Shown piece by piece: positions 57,901 through 64,000 of a stretch of 64,000 bases of DNA. The translations under genes and the position numbers were made by a program. Within the stretch, counting starts at the first letter, position 1, and each line of letters opens with the position of its first letter. Source of the DNA: Tubulanus polymorphus (lineage: Eukaryota > Animalia > Nemertea); contig NC_134028.1 in NCBI RefSeq assembly GCF_964204645.1, positions 3,534,001 through 3,598,000 of the forward strand, read 5' to 3'. The notes beneath the pieces were generated by a model. The model made no database searches and was not told the origin of the DNA. It saw only the letters and a list, made by a program, of their open reading frames with translations.

Positions 57901-60900
57901 CTTGTTTTTAAGGTGTTGATTTTCTCATTGATCAGGTTCATTAATCAGTTTGTCTACTGTGTTTTTGAGATCAGTTTTTTTTGTCGGAAAAATCTGATTA
58001 AGTCTCGGAAAGAAACCTCCACTTATACAAGATTATGAAATGATGATATTTGTGTTGAGGTTTATAAGTTGTAGGGAGTCCTTGATGGAACCAGATACCT
58101 GACATTAGAATAATAATTTTTGCTTGTTTTTGTTTAAAACATAAAACCCTTTGAAGTCGCATTCTCTTCAGGTATAAATGTTTTATTGGGTTATATAAGG
58201 GTTTTATTGGTTTGCGTTGAAGGTGCTATTGTATTAGTTTATTAGTCGGTGTAAGACTCATCGCCACATTGTCTACAAGAGTCTGTCGTTAATTAGTTAT
58301 ACTATGAGCAGGTTGTTTTGCTGTAATGTATAAGTTATTCGTCTTTGAAGTAACCGACCGGTCGGCGACTGGCCAAATGAGAGGGAGAAAGAAAGAGAGA
58401 AAGCTCTCGTAGGTAGAATTCATTTGCCAATGATATACTTTATTGCCTTCAGTCTGATAAACCTCATTCATTCAGCTTTTAGTAAGCGGTAATAATAATT
58501 TGTGGTCGAGGTTTCGGTGCTTTGATCTGCCGTGTGTTGGCGGGTGATTAAGCGTTTTGTTATCCATCCGAGCGAATTCATTAACACACTTACTTATATC
58601 AATCTCCGAGAGCGATCGCTTCTTCAAAGATTCCTAAATGGAAAGCGCACACCCGCAAAACCGAGTCTAATAATTTCGTGATCGATGTCGAAATTAACGA
58701 GGAGCATTTTCCGATATTTATTTATCATCGCGGAGAGGAATTTTAAAAGTTCCCGCTCGACCCTGACTGGATCGGACGATGAATCTATTCCCAGCCGTTT
58801 TATACGAGAAGGAAATGCTTTATTTGAATTGTGAATGGAGTCGGATCGAACAAGTGTTCTTTATATAAATGATTATATTCGGCACGTGTGTTTTTATTTT
58901 ATATCTGGATGAAAGATTTATGTTGATTTTAAAGATAGCTCAGCTCTTCAGATGTTCAGATGTTCATTTCGCCGCGCATCGGCTTTGATATGTGTATTAC
59001 ATTTCCTTTGAATGATTTTCACTTTTGATGTTAAAAGATCTCGGCGAAGTCGGAAGTCGACTGACTGTAGATGATTCACATTTCCTCCCCGGTATTATGA
59101 CTTGCATCAATGCTCCGCGTTGACCTTTGAAACCGTCCGAATCAGTCCGATCGGGTCACTCCGACGAATTTGAAAAGAAAAAGTTTTATTTTTACGATAA
59201 AAAGTTGATATTCCGTGAGCGCGATATCCGTCGCGTTCACCCCGGGGCTGTATTTTTCGAACTATTAATCGATCATAGTTTTCTTCTATTTATGAATAGT
59301 ATGGATTTTTGATGTATTTCTGGTTGTGCGTATATTTGTAGAGATGGCAGCTCTGTTCATCACAACAGTAAGAAGTGGAAGGCCCATCAGCGGCGAGCTA
59401 TGAAACGTAGCGTACAACATAACAGGGATACAGCACTAAACCAAAATATTATACCGGTAAGTTTTGAAATATTTGAATTCACTCACGCTGTTGTCAACAT
59501 TGTCAACGTGGTCAATGTTTGTTTCTGTACCAATAACATATATACAGAAATACGTAGCTGATTTCTGCTCTCAAACAGTTCGTCAGAAATAATAGTTTCA
59601 ATTTGAAGCGATATTCAGGAATTACAGGGTTTTTGCGGGTTTTGGAAAGTCTTGAGAAGTTTTGGAAAATGGGAATTTTTCCTTAAAAAAAACTTAAGAA
59701 ATTATGCTCTTTTTTGGTTTATCTATAGAAAAGGTAATGAAAATGAGAAAATAGTCTCAAAGTATAATTTTCCTTCTGTTTTTAATTTAAGGCTTTATAC
59801 TTAAATATCTCGCTAATTTTATACACATTTCATTAGAAACTTTATGAAAACACTTTGTCGAAGGTATTGATGATTGGCAATATGTAACTTAAGGGTATGG
59901 AAAATTTTCTGGGTATGGAAAATGGAACTTGCCAACCCATAAGCAAACTGTAACATACTTTTTAACTTGTTGAACTGAACTACGACGCTATATTGCAGCG
60001 ATAACTTTGGAATTAATCCCATAAAAATCGACATTCAATAAGAAAAAACAATTGGTGACACGTTGTTCGATATAAATTGAGGAATGTGCTGCCGATAAGA
60101 AATTCTGATTTATCGCATGAATCAAATTTTGCACCAAACTGACTTTGCGTTATCTAATATATTACGCCCATAAGTAAACATATAAAAATCCACTTCACCG
60201 ACAGTTTTAAATGTCGTAATCAGGTCACCTGTCTCGTAAATTAATTTCCATAATTCGGCAATTTATTTTCAATGGTTTGTTATTTTTGCGATTAATCCGT
60301 CGACAATCATAATTTTTGAAATGAGCGAGAATCTCGTGTTTTTCCGATGACACTGATATTTAAATGTATATAATCGATGTATATTCATTTCTACGCCGTA
60401 AACTCAAAGCGCTTCAAATATCGTATTTCAAAGTAAAAGCGTTTTTCAAATATTGTCTAATATAATCAGATGCTGAATATGTCGTTATAACAATAGCTGT
60501 AAGGTGCGCCTAAAAGTTGAACCCACATCAAAGATTAAAAAGTTTTGGTTTTGAAGTTGCGTATGTGATGTTTGTTAGCTGTAGTTTAACCAGTCAACGG
60601 CTGACACGCCCGTCCATCGCTGCCACTGCTGACTTCAAAGCTGCAGCTTCGTCGAGCCTGCAGCGACAATGATAGCGTTTGAAATAAACGGCAATGAACG
60701 GGTTCCCTCTCCTCCTTCTTCTCCTCAGCAGCAGCAGCTCGTATCTATATAAGCTCTTTGTTGAACGTGTGATGTATATAAGTAACACGGTGATATTGTT
60801 CCGCGTAAAAACGTTTAATCCTCACGCGGTAATAATGTTAAAACACTCGTTGCGCTGAAGTCGTTCGTGCTCTGACTTCTTGAGATTTTTCTGCTTGATT

Positions 60901-63102
60901 TTTGAACGATAGAAATATGACATGTTCGTAGTCCCTACAGGTCGGGGCGAACCCGGGAATCCTGACTCTATTCTTGATAATCGGGGAATTTGAATCTAAG
61001 CCATCTTGTTGTCCTTGCCGATGATGAGTAGCGCAAGCAACATTTTGTTAATGTTTTTAAAAGGTCGCCTGTATCCAGTGCTGTTTCCCAGGTATGTAAT
61101 ATGGGTCTTGTCTCGTAGAGAGTCAGTGCAGTCATACTCAGTCATCGGATAAGTCACCGCATTGCGTAAGTGATCACTATTTTCCAGTACTAATTCGCGT
61201 TTCAAATTCAATTGACAAAGTGTAAATCATCGCGCAGATTAGTCCTCGACATCATGAGGTTCTTACCGATCAGGGAGTTACGGAATTATTCTTCCCCGCA
61301 GGGAAAATCTGGGAATTTTTGGCATCTTGAAGTTTTTGCTGCTGACAAGTGGCACGGGGAATCTCTTAACAAATTAGCCCCCACTGAGGATATCTTATGA
61401 TTTAATCAAGGAATTTCACGTCTAGGGTCATAGAAATGATCACTTAGAAATCTGGGCCCAGTTTTATAGACTGGTATTACCTTTAACCCGAGGGCTAACT
61501 CAATTCATTTTCAATAGAGTTAACGTTGAGGGTAATGTCAGTCTATAAAACCAGACCCTGGATTTTGTGCAGTAAGAAACCTGATATTTTGACCACCCCA
61601 GTTATTGCAGGTTTGACTGTAAAATTCAAACCTTATCAAACCACAACTGAATAAAACAATCTCTACTACATCATGTCGATGATGACTATTTACGGTTGAA
61701 AAATTTTTGGCAAAAAAATGGAAAAAGCTGCGGAAATCTCGTTCGAACCTGTACGGGATCGTTTTTCCGCCGACGCCATTATCTGATTTCCCCGCGGAAG
61801 CGTTTGAGACGGAGTATAATCGTCGGAGGCCTCCGTTAAAAGTGTAATCGATGGAATTTACTCGCCGGAAAATAAAGCGTCTCTTTCGTCATTATCGGCT
61901 TTTGAAACACACCTTAGTGCACATAACATAACATCACTTAAACTTCAAAGACGTTTCGCGCGCGTTGGCTTAGCGAATAAATTGCGACAGCACCACGCGA
62001 CGTAATTGGTTTTTTCCTTGCTATATATTTCTGAGTTTTTTCGCGTCGCCCGCTGTCGCTGCTGCTGCTGTCGTCGTCGTCGTTCAGCTTTTTATCGAAA
62101 TGCATTTTTATCGAGGTTTTTTCAAAATGTGCGAAAAATTGTTTCAGCAGATCGAACTAGAAAAAGTGCTGCCACCGCCGCCGAAATGTAACGATTGTAT
62201 GAACGTAAGTAGCGCCGTCTAGTGTATAGCCTGAGCGGTTTATGCGATGCATATTTACAGCATGCCGATTTTGACTCCAGGGGGCGCCACGACGCACTGT
62301 CTGTTTCGGGGTGTGGGTATTTTGCTTGTTAGAATTGTTGGCGAATATTCAAACGATCGCAAAATATGAACGAAGATAAGCATTTAAATGGATATTTTAG
62401 AACTTTGCGCACAAGAATGTTTCTTTTTCTTGTATCTTATTGAAATGATTGTTTTCCACGGGAAGACGGGATGATTGTACGAGGTTATTTTTTAATTTCA
62501 CTCGTCACATTTAAGCGTGCACTTTTACCGAAATGTGAAAGGCGTTTAATTTAGTTTGATGGTTTATGCACCCGAGTGGTTTTTTCATCCAGCGCACATC
62601 ATCATCATTCCTTGCACAGTTTTTTGCTTCTAATTAAATTATCGCATTTTTCATGCGTGAGTTTAGTAATAATTTTGGTTAAGACGAAATCTCCATTCTG
62701 TCTTTTTATGACTAAACCGTCAACAATCCAGCAAAAGAGAAAATTTTTCTCTCTGCCCGTCCTGAAATGTCAGTTACTTACGTTGATTAGAATTTTTACC
62801 GTTGTCTCTTCGACAAACAAAAAGGCCGAGTTTTTATGCAACCGAGATTAAAACGAGCAGTTATGACGAAACACTAACGATTGCGGAAAGATTCGCTTTT
62901 AAAATGGAGCATGACGGATGAAATAACCGGCGCCGTTCTCTTCTATGATAATTACTACTATTATTAATTGTCGAATGGCGATTTTCTGTTCATTGCTTGA
63001 CTTTATTAACAAATTCTTTGATCCACATATCGACCGACTAAAGGTATTAACATCAGCTCTCTTTGATCACCTATATCGCGGCCGATGTGTATGTATATAT
63101 AC

Positions 63103-63177
<75 letters not shown>

Positions 63178-63504
63178 ATCGCAACCCTTAAGGCAGATTT
63201 CTGGAACGCTTGATCCTTCCATATACGCAATAACCGACCATTTCCAGGTCTCAACTATTTCAAAAAAAGTCTTGGATATAAAGAAAAGTTATTTCGCAAA
63301 ATGAGGAATCATAATTTTGATGTTTTTATTCAAGTTTTAACAATTGTTTTTTTTTTCTCTACGCAGCGTACGGACCGCGCTCCGAAAGATCGTAACATCG
63401 CCGAAGTCGATCCGATAGCTTTCGCAGCGATGCTCACCGAACGTCTGGAGAAGGTGCTCAAAGAACAGGCCAGTATCGAGAAGATACGACGACTTATCGT
63501 CGAG
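42969..63504 (+). CDS. Axin: Axin, 5' part (beta-catenin-binding and DIX exons lie beyond the window)
   Basis: Exons 42969-43918, 47660-47800, 59342-59456, 63367-63504 splice in frame. Tankyrase-binding motifs RPPVPGEE and GFEPEGS; RGS domain (LKWAENM...LDFWFAC...YPSFLKSD); [11 protein letters not shown]...SLTDSSVDG; GSK3-binding helix [17 protein letters not shown]. Confidence 0.96.
44061..44336. mobile_element. piggyBac-like MITE
   Basis: TTAA|CCCTTTCAGTGC ... GCACTGAAAGGG|TTAT: CCC/GGG termini, 12-bp TIR, TTAA-type target with one mismatch. Confidence 0.75.
45676..46061. repeat. 32-bp minisatellite, ~12 copies
   Basis: Unit CCGTGGCAGTCAGCGGTAACGGTACTCGGTAT, head-to-tail with no spacers. 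Confidence 0.95.
52652..52748. repeat. 49-bp tandem duplication
   Basis: ATGACAGTAGGGGT...AACGGTATAGGGTTCTATAACC occurs twice. Confidence 0.85.
54172..54431. repeat. Degenerate (GTCY)-based simple repeat, ~20-nt period
   Basis: Repeated TCTGCTCAGTCGGTCCGTCC-like units; explains the three overlapping ORFs here. Confidence 0.85.
61454..61557. mobile_element. Palindromic MITE with CTG direct flanks
   Basis: Arms GGCCCAGTTTTATAGACTGGTATTACC / GGTAATGTCAGTCTATAAAACCAGACC, with CTG on both sides. Confidence 0.7.
63089..63171. repeat. (AT)n microsatellite
   Basis: Long AT run with ATGT interruptions at its 5' end. Confidence 0.95.
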
Positions 63505-64000
63505 GTAAATATTCATATCTGTTGTTTATCACTTTGGTCCATGCCGGAGCAGGGTCAAATATGCACTAAACAACTCTTAGTCTTTCTATCAATCGATGTT
63601 TGTTGCTAGATCTTAACCTTTGAAATTCAATATTTGGAACTGAAAATACTAGAATAACCATTTCTACTGATCTCGGGCACTCGGATCATTTCAGACCGAG
63701 TTCAGCCGTTTTTGATGAAAAATTTCCGGGTTTCACAATCGAAAATTTGACCCGAAGGTGAAACTGTCGGATCTGGGTGCGGCGCTTTTTTTTTAGCGCT
63801 GATTTCTTCGAAAAACTCGTTTACGGGTTATCGCCGTTTTAGACGCTTTTAACATTCTCGTTCGTGCCTTGTTGATCATCGTTGCCGCCATCGCTTTGAT
63901 GATCAAAACACGTGTTCGTACAAAAAAGAGGGGAAAAAATCCGGCGTACGCGCGATATATAAATGCCCATTTGAACTACGGAAGAACACACGGATGGAAG

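Noticed and set aside
62945-63254. (YI)n ORFs
   Set aside because: Translations of the (AT)n microsatellite.

Overview
Intron-rich animal (invertebrate, probably lophotrochozoan; inferred) genomic DNA, not prokaryotic. Almost all ORF-track entries are spurious or single exons. Manual splicing (GT-AG, frame-checked) gives six genes. (1) PP2A catalytic subunit (+, 7 exons, 312 aa). (2) A 598-aa annexin with a long low-complexity N-terminus and core insertions (+, 15 coding exons). (3) An uncharacterised 424-aa protein with an N-myristoylation motif and a C-terminal SOCS box (-, 2 coding exons). (4) COQ7 (+, 6 coding exons, 192 aa). (5) Peflin/PEF1-like penta-EF-hand protein (-, 6 coding exons, 286 aa). 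(6) The 5' part of Axin (+, 4 coding exons in the window, runs off the right end). Non-coding DNA holds many palindromic MITEs, tRNA-derived SINEs and tandem repeats. Most notable: a dense TCF/LEF motif landscape over the Axin promoter and introns (candidate Wnt negative feedback), the myristoylated SOCS-box adaptor with a uORF-rich leader, and a MITE family at CWG sites whose arms appear to co-vary. All coordinates and counts were made by eye.
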